Shown piece by piece: positions 18,266-29,400 of a stretch of 64,000 bases of DNA (positions within the stretch are counted from its first letter, which is position 1; each line of letters begins with the position of its first letter). Below the pieces are notes generated by a model. That model saw only the letters and a list, made by a program, of their open reading frames with translations, was not told where the DNA came from and did not search any database. Position numbers and translations under genes: made by a program. This DNA is from a virus (taxonomy: Duplodnaviria; Caudoviricetes), in the IMG/VR virus record IMGVR_UViG_3300020049_013434, positions 1 through 64,000 of that record, one strand, 5' to 3'.

Positions 18266-18429
18266 TGCCCACGGGAGCATGGTACATGACCGTTAGCTTT
18301 GTAGCGAGTCTGCTATTTCTGTCCCTCGGCATACCGCTCAAATCAAAATGGCTCGTGTACCTAGCCCTGTGGTGCTTCGGTACGTTTTTCGTCTTTTTGA
18401 TTATCGGTATAGTGAGCGACTTTATCTAA
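18265..18429 (+). CDS. 54-aa 2-TM protein (not in the ORF track)
   Basis: TAATG coupling, RBS GGAG; MPTGAWYMTVSFVASLLFLSLG...WLVYLALWCFGTFFVFLIIGIV. Confidence 0.6.
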   Translation: MPTGAWYMTVSFVASLLFLSLGIPLKSKWLVYLALWCFGTFFVFLIIGIVSDFI

Positions 18430-18440
18430 GGAGAAATGCA

Positions 18441-18755
18441 ATGAGCACTATGAATCCATGGAAGCAAGGACTGTTGGGTCGAGTACGTGAGGCAACTGAT
18501 CAAACGAACGAGCAGATTGCGGGGAAAATTGGCGTGTCGCGCATTACGATTCAGCGCTGGCTGTGCGACGACGGTGTAGCTGACGATACTGCCCTGCGCA
18601 TTATGCTATATCTTTCTGGTAACGATCGGGTTATGAGCAACAAGGATAAAATGGAAGCAATTCTCGCAATCGACGGTATCTTGCGAGCGCTTACTGAGGA
18701 TAATGAAACACGCTTCGCCTTCACAAAATTAGTTGAAGTCATGGCGACGAAGTAA
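18441..18755 (+). CDS. XRE-type HTH regulator
   Basis: TNEQIAGKIGVSRITIQRWL; RBS AAGGAG. Confidence 0.65.
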   Translation: MSTMNPWKQGLLGRVREATDQTNEQIAGKIGVSRITIQRWLCDDGVADDTALRIMLYLSGNDRVMSNKDKMEAILAIDGILRALTEDNETRFAFTKLVEVMATK

Positions 18756-18803
18756 GTGCCTGACCAATGCGAGCTCTCACCCTCGCAAAAATCAGGCACT
18801 TAC
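18752..18803. terminator. long hairpin where the two arms converge
   Basis: GTAAGTGCCTGA / TCAGGCACTTAC with an inner TGCGAG / CTCGCA stem. Confidence 0.55.
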
Positions 18804-18949
18804 AAACGCATTCCTTTTCACGTCCTCGTCTTCCGACTTCGATTATTAACCTGACGTTAACCAGTTTGCCACTTTAGACTTTATGTAAGCAAATTGTAAC
18901 AATCGTCAAATGCGATTAATCTTACCAGTAAATATTGTTATGTCTAGCG

Positions 18950-19159
18950 CTAGGTGAAGGCTACCCAGCTTGAGCCATTCCAGTAGCGAAGGTGTCCGCC
19001 CCCCACGTCGATTAGGACTTGACCAATTTCGCCGTCTGGGTATGTCCCCCCGCTGATTGAGCGAATCGCTGGGACCTCGCGCTGTTTGAGTCGTGCCACC
19101 TCCCGCTCCAGTTGAAGTATGCGCTGGAGCAACCCTCTCAGGATTTCCTCGTTAACCAT
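18950..19159 (-). CDS. small tail-tip protein
   Basis: coiled-coil N-terminus, LRYWNGSSW C-terminus; follows Tal. Confidence 0.55.
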   Translation of the reverse strand: MVNEEILRGLLQRILQLEREVARLKQREVPAIRSISGGTYPDGEIGQVLIDVGGGHLRYWNGSSWVAFT

Positions 19160-20384
19160 CGACAGATCCTTCTAGTGGAATTGAAACATTCTCAACCCCA
19201 TCCGAAAACTCAATTGAATATTGCGTAATCGTCGCCTTTACCGTCGTATTGCGATAGAAAGCGGCGATTGTATCACCGTACTTGTACTCGCGTCCAAAGC
19301 GAAACTCGTCGCTTTGAGAAATGTCGCCGCCAACCGTAACCTTAGCGCGACGGTTACTGAGCTCCGCCTTAGCAGCCTGAATCATGGCGTCATCAGTAAA
19401 AGCTTCGCCCGCGTCAACAAAGGTCTCGATCGGATAGAACGGACTGCGCAGAATACTTGTGCCGTCTGCTACCCCGCCCATGAGCCGTAGGTCTCCCTGC
19501 CCGGCGCCGCCGACATGCACCCAGTTCGCCATTTCACTGTAGTTCTTATGCAGTCTGGCGTTCTTCATGGTGCCCCAGTATGGACTAAGAACGACGCCGT
19601 CGCTGAGGTCAGCCCCGCGATCGTCGAGCCACACCCTGAACTCAAAGCTACCAACTGCCGAGGCGTCGCCGGCATAGTAGAGCAGGTCAAAGGATACCTT
19701 CACGCCGTCAGCGGCAGCCGCGTCCGCAATGCGCTTCATGGCTTCGAGCCCACTCACCCACGCTACGTCAGCCTCAACAACAGGACCCTGCTCGCCGTCC
19801 GGCGCAACCGTGACTCCGCTAAACGAGTTGAGAGGCATTGCTCTTTGTGAGGCGGCGGGCGTGAAGTTCTGATCGCCAACCACGATCGAGTTCGTGACGG
19901 AGGGAGAAGGCGTCGTGAAGGCGTCGACTAGGGTGCCTTCCGTGTCGTCGCCAAAGTTCTCGCGCCAGATTTCGTAGATTGCTGTGTCAGCCGGCGCCGT
20001 CTTATAGCTCGGCACATTTGCACCCGTGTTGGCGCTGCCAAAGGCGGGCCAGGCAACGACGTGCCGAGCTAACAAGCCGGTCGTGTCGTGCCCACGCACG
20101 GTCAATGTCTCTTTGCCGTCGTCGTCGAGGTTGTACTCAATCTCGCGCACGAACCAACAGGTTTCGTCAATCAGTTGCCAGCTTCTGCCGTCAATACTGC
20201 GCCAGATCTCCACAATGTGATCCTCGCCAAAGACGGCGTCCTCGTAGTCAGCCGGCACTGTGACCTCGAAGGCGCCAGGGGCATTCTCTGTGCGCGAGAT
20301 TGACAGTGACAGGACGTCGGGAATGGACGACGCGATTGGTAGACCCTGTGGCGTAAAGACACGTAGCTCGTAATAGGTAATCAA
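19152..20384 (-). CDS. siphovirus Tal/hub protein (ReqiPepy6 gp37-like)
   Basis: RTENAPGAFEV, VGGAGQGDLR, ETFVDA, FGREYKYGD; lies after Dit. Confidence 0.75.
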   Translation of the reverse strand: MITYYELRVFTPQGLPIASSIPDVLSLSISRTENAPGAFEVTVPADYEDAVFGEDHIVEIWRSIDGRSWQLIDETCWFVREIEYNLDDDGKETLTVRGHDTTGLLARHVVAWPAFGSANTGANVPSYKTAPADTAIYEIWRENFGDDTEGTLVDAFTTPSPSVTNSIVVGDQNFTPAASQRAMPLNSFSGVTVAPDGEQGPVVEADVAWVSGLEAMKRIADAAAADGVKVSFDLLYYAGDASAVGSFEFRVWLDDRGADLSDGVVLSPYWGTMKNARLHKNYSEMANWVHVGGAGQGDLRLMGGVADGTSILRSPFYPIETFVDAGEAFTDDAMIQAAKAELSNRRAKVTVGGDISQSDEFRFGREYKYGDTIAAFYRNTTVKATITQYSIEFSDGVENVSIPLEGSVDG

Positions 20385-20584
20385 AATTTCACCTGAAAGC
20401 TCATGATTGAAAAGGCGACAATGAGCCAGACAAAAAACGACATGACGACGAGAGACGCCAGCCCAAGAACAATCTTCACTGCGTTGCTCTCTATGTCCCT
20501 AAGGCTGAACACGATCGCGCCAAAAAGAATGGCTGGTATTAGACACGGAATGGTAGCGAGAGCGAGCTGAATGATCACTGGCAA
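20381..20584 (-). CDS. small 2-TM protein
   Basis: 67 aa, two hydrophobic helices, overlaps both neighbours. Confidence 0.5.
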   Translation of the reverse strand: MPVIIQLALATIPCLIPAILFGAIVFSLRDIESNAVKIVLGLASLVVMSFFVWLIVAFSIMSFQVKF

Positions 20585-23427
20585 CCTCCCGCTAGAGCGT
20601 CAATCGATAAGTACTTCGGCTTCCATGTCATCGTCGCCTTCCTACTGCTCGCCGTGTGGTCGTTGGTGAGCGACAGGAAGATCACCCTGATCCGGTTGAC
20701 GCCACTCTCCAAACGGAACGTGCTGAGCGCACTGCCTTTCGCGATAAGCCCGTAGGTATCCCCAGAAGAGCGGTAGGCAATGGGTCGTGGGCGACTCAGA
20801 TCAACGGTGAGCATCTCGCTTTCGTAGAGCGCTACAGAGTCGAAGCGAATCGAAGTGCCATTAGTGAAGTTCTCGATTGCGTACAGAATGCCTTCGCCGT
20901 AGAACTTTATAATCGGTCGCGTGTCGACGGCGCAGTCTGTATCGACGGTATCGCTCGTCGGAATATTGGCACCCAAGGTCATGTAGGCGCTCGCGAATAC
21001 CGTGTTGTCCAAGCCAGGCGCAATCGCTAGTCCAAGCTCTGTGAGCAAAGCATTGCCCGCTGGCGTGTTTCCGAGCGAGGTCGAGCCACGATTGTGATTA
21101 AAGTTGCCACCCACGGCAATCGCCAAAACGCCAGCCAGGTTGTTCGCCGGATCGACAGGCGACAGTGTTGTCTCCGGGTGTAGCCAGCGACCTGTAGCCG
21201 TGTCGTAGGTCGCCAGTCCCGGTACTGGTATGCCGACCGGCACCATTTCAAAGTCGCCAGAGCGCGGCAGCAGAATGCGAACCTCGGTGAATGTGCCGCC
21301 GACATACAGTGTGCCCTTGGCATCCATGGCGAGCGCCGTCGCGCGGTAGCGGTTAATGCCGTCGTCCGGGTGAAAGTTCGTGCCGAGCTGCAGCGCACGC
21401 ATGGTTCCCCACCGGAAGTCCTGCCATGTATAGGTCTGCGGCGTATAGGCGGCAACGTGCGTCAGTGGCAGATAGTCGCCCCAGACTTCACTGACCCTAC
21501 TTCTGGACGTATTGAACTGTCCAGCAACATAAAGCGTTCCGTCGCGCCCAAAGAGCAAGGCATGGATTGAGCCTGGAGTCCTGGTATCGCTCTCGTCCAT
21601 GATCATAGGATAGTCTTCGACGGAGTACCATTGCCGACTACTAAAGCTCCAGCGCGCTAAGACAACCGGATCGCCAAGCGTACTAGGATCGAAGTCGCCG
21701 CCAGCCCACACTGTCTTGTCTGGGCCAACAGCCAATGCGTTCACGGCACCGATAGGGCTACCACCAAAGCTCGGCACAAGCCCCTCACGCATGGGCTGCC
21801 AGATCTTGTAGGAGCCGTGAAAAAAGGCGACGTTGAGCGCGTTGGTCGAGGTCGTAATGCCGTCCGTGAAGCGCGTGAAGGCGCCGCCAACAACAATGTG
21901 CCCGTCAGGGTGCATGACAATCGCGCGGATACCACCCTCGCTGATAGCGTCATTGACAAAGAACTGCCCACCAAGCTTCACGTAGGTATCGGTGGTCAGG
22001 TCGTACTTAAATACACCGTAGCCGGCGCCGATCGGGTCGCCAATTGCGTGCGATACACTGCCGCCAATGAGCAGGCTGTTTCCAGGTCCCCAACAAATCG
22101 CCCGCAGCGGACCAGCCCAGACCGGCCCGACCTGCTGCCAGTCAATGCCGTCCCAGCGCATAATGTAGCTGTGGTTTTCGTCGCCATCTGCGTGACCGAC
22201 AGCATAAAGATTGTAGTCCTGTCCAACGATCATGGCGCGGGCGATAAAGTCGGCAACCGGAAAGCCCGACGTGCCAGTCAGTGCGCGCCACACACCTTCG
22301 CCGTCACGACCGACCACACCAGGCCCCGCACTTGAGACGGTTGTGTACAGCGTTATCTCACTGCCTGAATTGCCCTCTGCGTAAAAGTAAGGGTCAGGCA
22401 TGATCATTGTCGTTGAAATACGCTCTTCGTTGAGCGCCTTAATCTCACCCTCAAGTCCCTCGCTGTACAAGGCGTCAAACTCAACCGTCTCGCTCTGTGC
22501 CACAATGCCGTCGAACAGTTGAAAGTGCATGCGGAACGGGCGGTTGGCGGTTGGGTCCATGAGCGACAGTAGTTGATTGCGACTCTTGAGTAGCGCTCGC
22601 AGGTCACCGCCTGTTGCCTGCGCCGTGAATGTCACCTCACGTTCCGGCAAGGCTGAGCGGTGGTAGTAGGAGCCATTGCGCAGAGCGTAGCGCGAAAGGG
22701 CGTGCTCAGGTTTTGGCATGCCCCAGTCCATAAACTCGTAAATATCAAGCCCAAACTCATTGAGCGGGATTGGCTCTCCGCCAGAGCGAGCTGTGCCGAG
22801 CCGGTAGGAGGCACTCTGGTGCGGCGATCCAAGCCAACCGTACTGAGCCTTGCCTGCGTACTCTTCGCGCAGGTCGCCACTGATAAAGGTCGTAGGTCCG
22901 TCCAGCTCAAACTGAAAGCCGTCCACGTTGAACGAACCAACAAGCTCGGTACAGACGACACAGAGAGCCACATCCATTGGTGACGCGCTGTACATTTGCA
23001 CCGACTGGCGGGTCCAGAACGATTGTCCGACGAACTGAGCGCTAGCCACCTGGTTGCCGGTGCCCGTGTTCAGAATGTAGGCGCGATACTTACCTGGTCC
23101 GTAGTGATCGAAGGAGAAGGTGTAGACGCGCTGGCTGGCTGTGGTTGAGTGCAGGTTGTAGCGCACGCCGTCGCCGTCGCTATAGGCGTTGGTAACGAGC
23201 ACGCTAAATACACCCCTGCGCTGTCGGTCTCCAGAAACAAACACCTCGGCAGATCCGGTTTCGCTCCAGCCGCCAACGGTGCCATTGGCGAGACCTTGGC
23301 ACTCAGGATCGAAGACTAGGTTCATAGCCGCAACTGGTCTTATGATCGATAGATAGGAGCGTTCTGGATTCAGAACATACGAACTACGTGCCTCGTCCGG
23401 CAGAGCATACAGGGTCTTAATCGCCAT
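20575..23427 (-). CDS. distal tail protein (Dit) with CBM-like N-terminus and inserted beta-propeller
   Basis: follows the TMP; Dit-like PDPYFY and FRLESGVNRI; repeated ALAxGxDGTLYVGGxF blades. Confidence 0.7.
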   Translation of the reverse strand: MAIKTLYALPDEARSSYVLNPERSYLSIIRPVAAMNLVFDPECQGLANGTVGGWSETGSAEVFVSGDRQRRGVFSVLVTNAYSDGDGVRYNLHSTTASQRVYTFSFDHYGPGKYRAYILNTGTGNQVASAQFVGQSFWTRQSVQMYSASPMDVALCVVCTELVGSFNVDGFQFELDGPTTFISGDLREEYAGKAQYGWLGSPHQSASYRLGTARSGGEPIPLNEFGLDIYEFMDWGMPKPEHALSRYALRNGSYYHRSALPEREVTFTAQATGGDLRALLKSRNQLLSLMDPTANRPFRMHFQLFDGIVAQSETVEFDALYSEGLEGEIKALNEERISTTMIMPDPYFYAEGNSGSEITLYTTVSSAGPGVVGRDGEGVWRALTGTSGFPVADFIARAMIVGQDYNLYAVGHADGDENHSYIMRWDGIDWQQVGPVWAGPLRAICWGPGNSLLIGGSVSHAIGDPIGAGYGVFKYDLTTDTYVKLGGQFFVNDAISEGGIRAIVMHPDGHIVVGGAFTRFTDGITTSTNALNVAFFHGSYKIWQPMREGLVPSFGGSPIGAVNALAVGPDKTVWAGGDFDPSTLGDPVVLARWSFSSRQWYSVEDYPMIMDESDTRTPGSIHALLFGRDGTLYVAGQFNTSRSRVSEVWGDYLPLTHVAAYTPQTYTWQDFRWGTMRALQLGTNFHPDDGINRYRATALAMDAKGTLYVGGTFTEVRILLPRSGDFEMVPVGIPVPGLATYDTATGRWLHPETTLSPVDPANNLAGVLAIAVGGNFNHNRGSTSLGNTPAGNALLTELGLAIAPGLDNTVFASAYMTLGANIPTSDTVDTDCAVDTRPIIKFYGEGILYAIENFTNGTSIRFDSVALYESEMLTVDLSRPRPIAYRSSGDTYGLIAKGSALSTFRLESGVNRIRVIFLSLTNDHTASSRKATMTWKPKYLSIDALAGGCQ

Positions 23428-23429
23428 TC

Positions 23430-26400
23430 CTATCTCCGGTTCTGAGCCTCAAAAATCTTAAAGTTACGATCAACGCGCACGGCCTGCTCCGGCGTGACGG
23501 TCTGATAGATATTGTAATTGTTGGTCACAATCACCGTGCTTCCGCCTGTCAGTGGCGAAGTTGTGGCAGCCAGGCTCGTGCTCGTGTTCATGCCGAACAG
23601 CCCAGCCTCTTGCAGCGGCGCCAGGTACTTGGCAATGTCGAGCATGTTATCAACTGTCCCGCGCGTTCCTGCCGTCACCGCTTGCAGCGCAGAGCGTGGT
23701 GTAAGTCCGCCGCCAGGTGGCGTTGGAGTCGGCGTCGGGGTCGGTGTAGAGCCTCCACCGCTAGCTGGCGGCGCTACGGCTCCAACGTTTCTGGTCGCAT
23801 TTTCAATCGCCTTATTGACGGCCGTCTCGATTGCGCTAGCCAGAGCAGTGATAAAGTTGTTGCCGTCGCTGCCCTTGAAGGCACTCACGATACCATCAGC
23901 AATCTTCTTGCCTAGCTTCTTGCCTTGCTCCTCGAACTTGGTGAGCAGGTTCTGGCTGACCTCACCGATTACGCCCTCAATCGCCGCCTCCATGCGCTCG
24001 GCGCCGTCCTTGAACTCTTGCACAGCGGCGTCAATCGCTGCCTTGGCGGAAGCCTTGAAGGCGTCCTTGATCTTGCCAAACTCGGTTGTTGACTTACTTA
24101 CCGTGTCCTTGACAATGGTGACAACCGAGGTCTGCATTTGCGAGAAGAGGTCGGTCACGTCCTTCTTGGTGTCGGTCGTCTCGTCAATCATCCAGTCGTA
24201 ATAGTCCTGGATAATATCGGTGCCCTCCTCGACATAATCTTCGGTCTCGGTGATCAGGTCATCTGTCATGGTCGCCATTACAGCGTTGACCGCTACGTTC
24301 ATGTTGCGGAAGATCTCGGCAACCGTTTCGTCGAGACCATCAAGGGAGCCCGTGACAGCTTGTGCAATGCCGGAAGCCTGGCCCTGCGCCTGATCCTGTG
24401 ACTGATCGCCGCCTTCGGTTGCGCCACTGAACATGCCCTTGATCTTCTCCATGACCTGCCCAATCGAGTCACTGATATCAGTAGCAAGAAGGGCTGCAGC
24501 GAAGCCGTACATGACGCCTTCACCAAGTGGCACACCAATGTTATCGTTCGTCCATTGCGACGGCGACTTGATACTATAGTCGGTCGTGATTTGATCGAGC
24601 GCCGTCTGCGTATCCGCCGATAGTTGGACCCCGTCAATGGCGGTCTGGTAGCCGGCGTTGACGCCTTGGGCAAGGGGTACACCGATATTGTTCTGCCCAC
24701 TCGTCTTAACTGTTTCCGTCTTATCAGCGGGTAAAGCCAGGTCGATCAAGGTCCAGTCCATTTCCGGCTGGAAGGTGACGGTCGTTTCGCCAACAACATC
24801 GGACGCCTGAATCTTGTCGGACTCATTGACCTCCGGCAGAACTTCCGCCTTGACCGAGCTAGCGATTTCGTCTACCGTGCTCTGTAGTTCAGCCGTCAAC
24901 TGAACGGGAACCGAAAGTTCAATGGGAGCCTCTGTGTTGATCTTGATAATCGTGCTCGGGTCTACCTGTAGGAATACCCCTTCTTTTGTTTTCACGACCT
25001 GGCTTGGGTCGAGAACTAACTTGGCTCCATCCTCACCGTTAATCTTGATTATGTCGGTCGGGCCCAGGTTGAGCTTGCTAATGTCGTCCGTGGCTAGCGA
25101 TAGAATTTCTGCCGGCACCAGAATCTTCTGCTCGCCACCAATGGTGACGGCGTTCTTCGGATCGAGCAGAACCTTGGCTGCCTCTTCCGTACTGAACTTA
25201 ACGGCGCTCGAAACGTCGATCGAGGTTGGGTTTACAATCGTGAAGTTATCGCTCGTTAACCCAATGGTCAGGGTGGGCAGGACGCCAAGTTGTAGCGATT
25301 CCGGCAGCCATTCGTTGATTGCCCCGATAGCAACATTGACCTTGCCCGCCAGCGAGTTAATCATGCCGGCGAATAGCTCCCACATTTTGAGTCCTAGCAG
25401 AACAGTGGGAACGTTTAGCGCAAAGGCCAGGGTGTTGACCACCGTTGTTGCCATGCCAGTAATGGCACCAGTCACTGCGTCAGCCAAGCCGCCAAAGACG
25501 TTGGCGAACTTCTCCTCCCAGGCAATCGTAGCAATGCCAGCTACGATGCCGCCTATAAGCCCAGTCAGAAAGGATGATGCCGCTCCGAAGACAATGGAGA
25601 AGACAATGTTCCACTTTATTTTTCCGAACAGGTCTAGGATCGCTGCGATAAAGTTGACGGTCAGGAAGCCAATGCCGCCACCGGCAGTCATCCAGTCAAT
25701 CTTCGCAAACTCGGCGGCGAGAAAACCGACCAGACTATTGATTAGCCCAGTCACGGCGCTCGTGATACCGCCGAGCATGCCGCCGACACCCTCTGCTGCG
25801 TCGCCCAGCCCCGCCTCCCCAGAGGATACCTTGGAAAATAATTGCATACCGGCAGCAATAGTGTCGCCAATGCCAGCCATGAACTCGGTAAAGCCAGCCA
25901 CAACGGCGTCCTTAAATCCCGTGAACGAGTCAGACAGACTGGGCCACACAATACCCATGAAGCCATCCTTGACAGCCGTGACGAAGTTTGTCATACTCTC
26001 CGCCATGTCGCCGAAGGTAACACCACCAAAGAGCAGGTCTAGCTCCGTCGTGACGGCTGTCTGTAGTCCGGCGCCGGTCTCAGATTTTGGATCAAACAGG
26101 TCTTTTATTTTCTGCCCAAAGTTTGCCAGATTGTCCAGAACCTCTTTTGCCTTTTCCCAAATGCCGCCAATGTATCCGCCGACCGTATTAGCCCAGGTCT
26201 CGACCGGAGACGCATCTGGGGCTGGCATGGTCCCGGAAAAGCCGTCCTTGAAGCCCTGCCATACGACGCCAACGATACCAATGGATAACCCAATACCGTA
26301 GACGGCCGTATTTACCTTGGTTGCGCCGCTCTGTATTGGCTCACCATTAATGCCTGATTCAATGGCGCCCGTAAAATCACCCCAAGCATTCTCGGCATTG

Positions 26401-29400
26401 TCGAAGGCGGTCTTGGCGTCGGTCATAGCGGTGTTTACTTTGTTCTTGATCTCGTCCAGGGCGCCGCCGATCTTACCCTTCGCCTCTTCAATCTTCTGCC
26501 CAGCCTCTTGCGCCTGCAAGCCAATGTTGAGTGGACCGTTGTCCTTCTTCTTGGCTGCCTGCTCCTGCTCGCGCTTCCACTGATCTTCCAGTTGCACAAT
26601 CTTGGTCAGCGTCTCGTAGTACTCAACGCTACCTTCGTCGTACTTCTTGAGCTCCTCGCGCATGAGCGCAATCTTGCCTGGCGTGTCAGCGATCTGCATT
26701 TTGTAGGCGAGAATGGCGTCGTTCAGGCGGTCCTGCGACTTCTTTGCTGCATCAGTCGCGGAAGCAGAGGCGTTCATGGAGCTTGTGCGCGCCTCGGTCA
26801 ACGTCTTCAGGGCGTCGAACTCAATCTTGTAGCGCGCCTCGGTAACGCCAAGCACCTCCTGCGTCTTGTCAACCTCCTTTTGCAAGGCGTTGATCTTGAC
26901 CTGCATAATGCCCGTCGTGCGTTCCTTCTCGCTATCCAGGGCGCTCTTGCGCTGCTCGGCAGCTAGCTTCTGCACCTTCAGTCCGGCCGTCGTCTGCTGC
27001 TTCTCTGTGGCGAAACGATTGCGTGTGACCGCCATGAGCTCTTCTTGTTGCGAGCTAACGTCCATGGCATTGAGCTGAGCGTCGAGGGTAGCAATCTCGT
27101 CGTTGACGCTTTTGAGCTGAGCGTCGTAGCCTTCGGTCGCCGCCGTCAGTTCGTTCTGTGCCTTAGCAAGCTTGCTCTCCGCCGCCGCTGCATTTAACTG
27201 CGCTTCGACCATGCGCCCAATCTCTTCGGCGACCTCGTCAAAGCGATCAACGGCGTCGTCCAGCCCCACCATGACCGAACCCATGTCGAAGGTGCCGGTC
27301 TGCCCCATGCTGCTAATGGCGACGGCAATCGCTGAATTAATCTTGCCGAGCTCAGTGGTGTCAATATTCTCGCCAATGCTCTCGAAGGCGGTTGTCACGC
27401 TATCGCTGATACTGTTGAGTGTAGTGAAGTCAGCCTGCGTCCAGCCCTCCAACCAGGCGTCAGCGGCGCCCTTGCCCCAGACGGTCAGATCGGGCAGAAG
27501 CTTGGGCGGCGAACCAGGCATTAACCAGGTCGCCATCACGTCGCCCAGGTAGAAGAGTGCGTCCAGGATACTGTTCATGGCGCTCATGAAGCCGTCTGCC
27601 AGGGAAGTCGCGAGGTTAGCGCCCCAAGAGATCATGTCGCTTGCCAATTGCGGCAAAACCTTCATGACGCCGATCGAGACTTGCCCAATGGCATCCAGAA
27701 TCGAGAAGAAGCTACTGCGCCAGCGATTGGTCGAGCCGGACAGCTCGCCCTCTGCCCTTTTGGTTTCGCCCATGAGCAGCCCAAGGAAGTCAAGCGCTAT
27801 GCTAACGACCTCGGTGACAATCGTGCGGAAGCCCATCCAGTCGCGCTGCCAAGCAATCGCTAAGCCCGCGCTGGCAACCGTGTAAAGACCGTACCAGGAA
27901 ATTAGCCCGGACAACGCAGCGCCGAGCGCCATAACCGCAGGCACCGCCAGGGACCACAGAATCGCCCACACGGTGTCCGTCGCCAGGAAGAGGGCAGTGT
28001 GCTTAATGAAGTCAAGAATGACCGGATTGACCGCCTCTATGGCTGACTGGACAAGCCCAAAAGCAAAGCCGATCCAGTAAATAATCGTCTCCATAACGTC
28101 GGCGACGGTCTCACCCATTTGGCGAATGTTCGCCATGAGCTCTTCGCTCTGCAGAGACTCTGCTAGCCCGGACATCATGGGACCAAAGACTTGCTCGAAG
28201 ATTGGCGTACTGAATTCCCTGATCACGCGCGCCTTTAGATCGCTCAATGTATTCGCCAGGCCGCGAGCGGTTTGCGACGCCCTCTCTGCTGCCCCCTCTG
28301 TCCTTTTTACAAGGTAGTCCGCTATTGCCGCAATCGCCTCTGGCGCTTCAAGTATCCCTCCCTGCGAAAAGAAGTCGTTTAGCTCTGTGAGAGATTTTCC
28401 AGTCAACTGCGATAGCTGGCGCATGACGGGGACGCCCGCGGCAGCGAATTGCAGAACTTCCTGTCCAGATAGCTTGCCCTTGACCATTACGTCGCTAAAA
28501 GCTTTGGACAGGAGGACCGTACTTTCGTTTGTGAGACCAAGGCCAGTTCCGGCATCGATAATGACCTGGGTCATTTCCTTCATTTCGTCGGTCAGCATGC
28601 CGCCGACCTGGAGGAATCGGACAATCTTACTAATATCGTCTTGCCCAAACGGAGACAAAATAGCAAGTTTCTCTGTCCATGTAAACAGTTCTTCCGCTTG
28701 CTTTGCCGCCTCTTTTTCTGCGGCAGCAAGTGACTCAGCTTGCCCTGTCCTAAACAGCTCGTCTGATATAGAGGAGGTAAACTGAGTCACTGTCGCCTGC
28801 TGATCGCCGATGATCGTAAATGCTTCACCAATCATGCCACGCACGGTGTTCATGGCGCTGCTGACAATGTTGATAAAATTGAAGCCGAAGCTGACCTTAA
28901 ACGCGTTCGTCAGTGACTGGGCGATATTCTCGCCGAGCCGGGCCGTCATGCTGTCGGCGCCCCAGATTTGATTGGCGATATTCTTGAAGGTGCCGAGCAG
29001 TCCGCGCGCCGGTACGTTCGCCTTGTCGATAGAGCTCGCCAGCTTGTCGGCAGCGCCAGTCGCAGCGTTAATTCCAGCGGCTGTTCCCGTGTCTTCCTGT
29101 GGCTTTTTTCTAAAGAGCGACATAGCGCCGGAGGCTGCGGCTGATACACCACCAGCAATGGCACGTCCGGCACCCGACGTGACTGCGCCAATGGCGTCGA
29201 TCATGCGCCGGATAATGCCTGTCGATTTCTCTGCCTCTATACCGACACTGCGTACCGCCCTCTGCGCGCCATCGCTTTTCATGCCGCCGAATATGCGCTG
29301 CAGCGTGTATAGGGGAGCGAGATAGTAGTCGATAATCGTCTTGCCACGCGATAGGACATTGAGGAAGGCGTTCCAACGCGTCGTGCCGCGATTGACCGCC

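Noticed and set aside
18804-18949. AT-rich gap as attP or origin
   Set aside because: No integrase in the window and no iterons or tRNA-like core recognised
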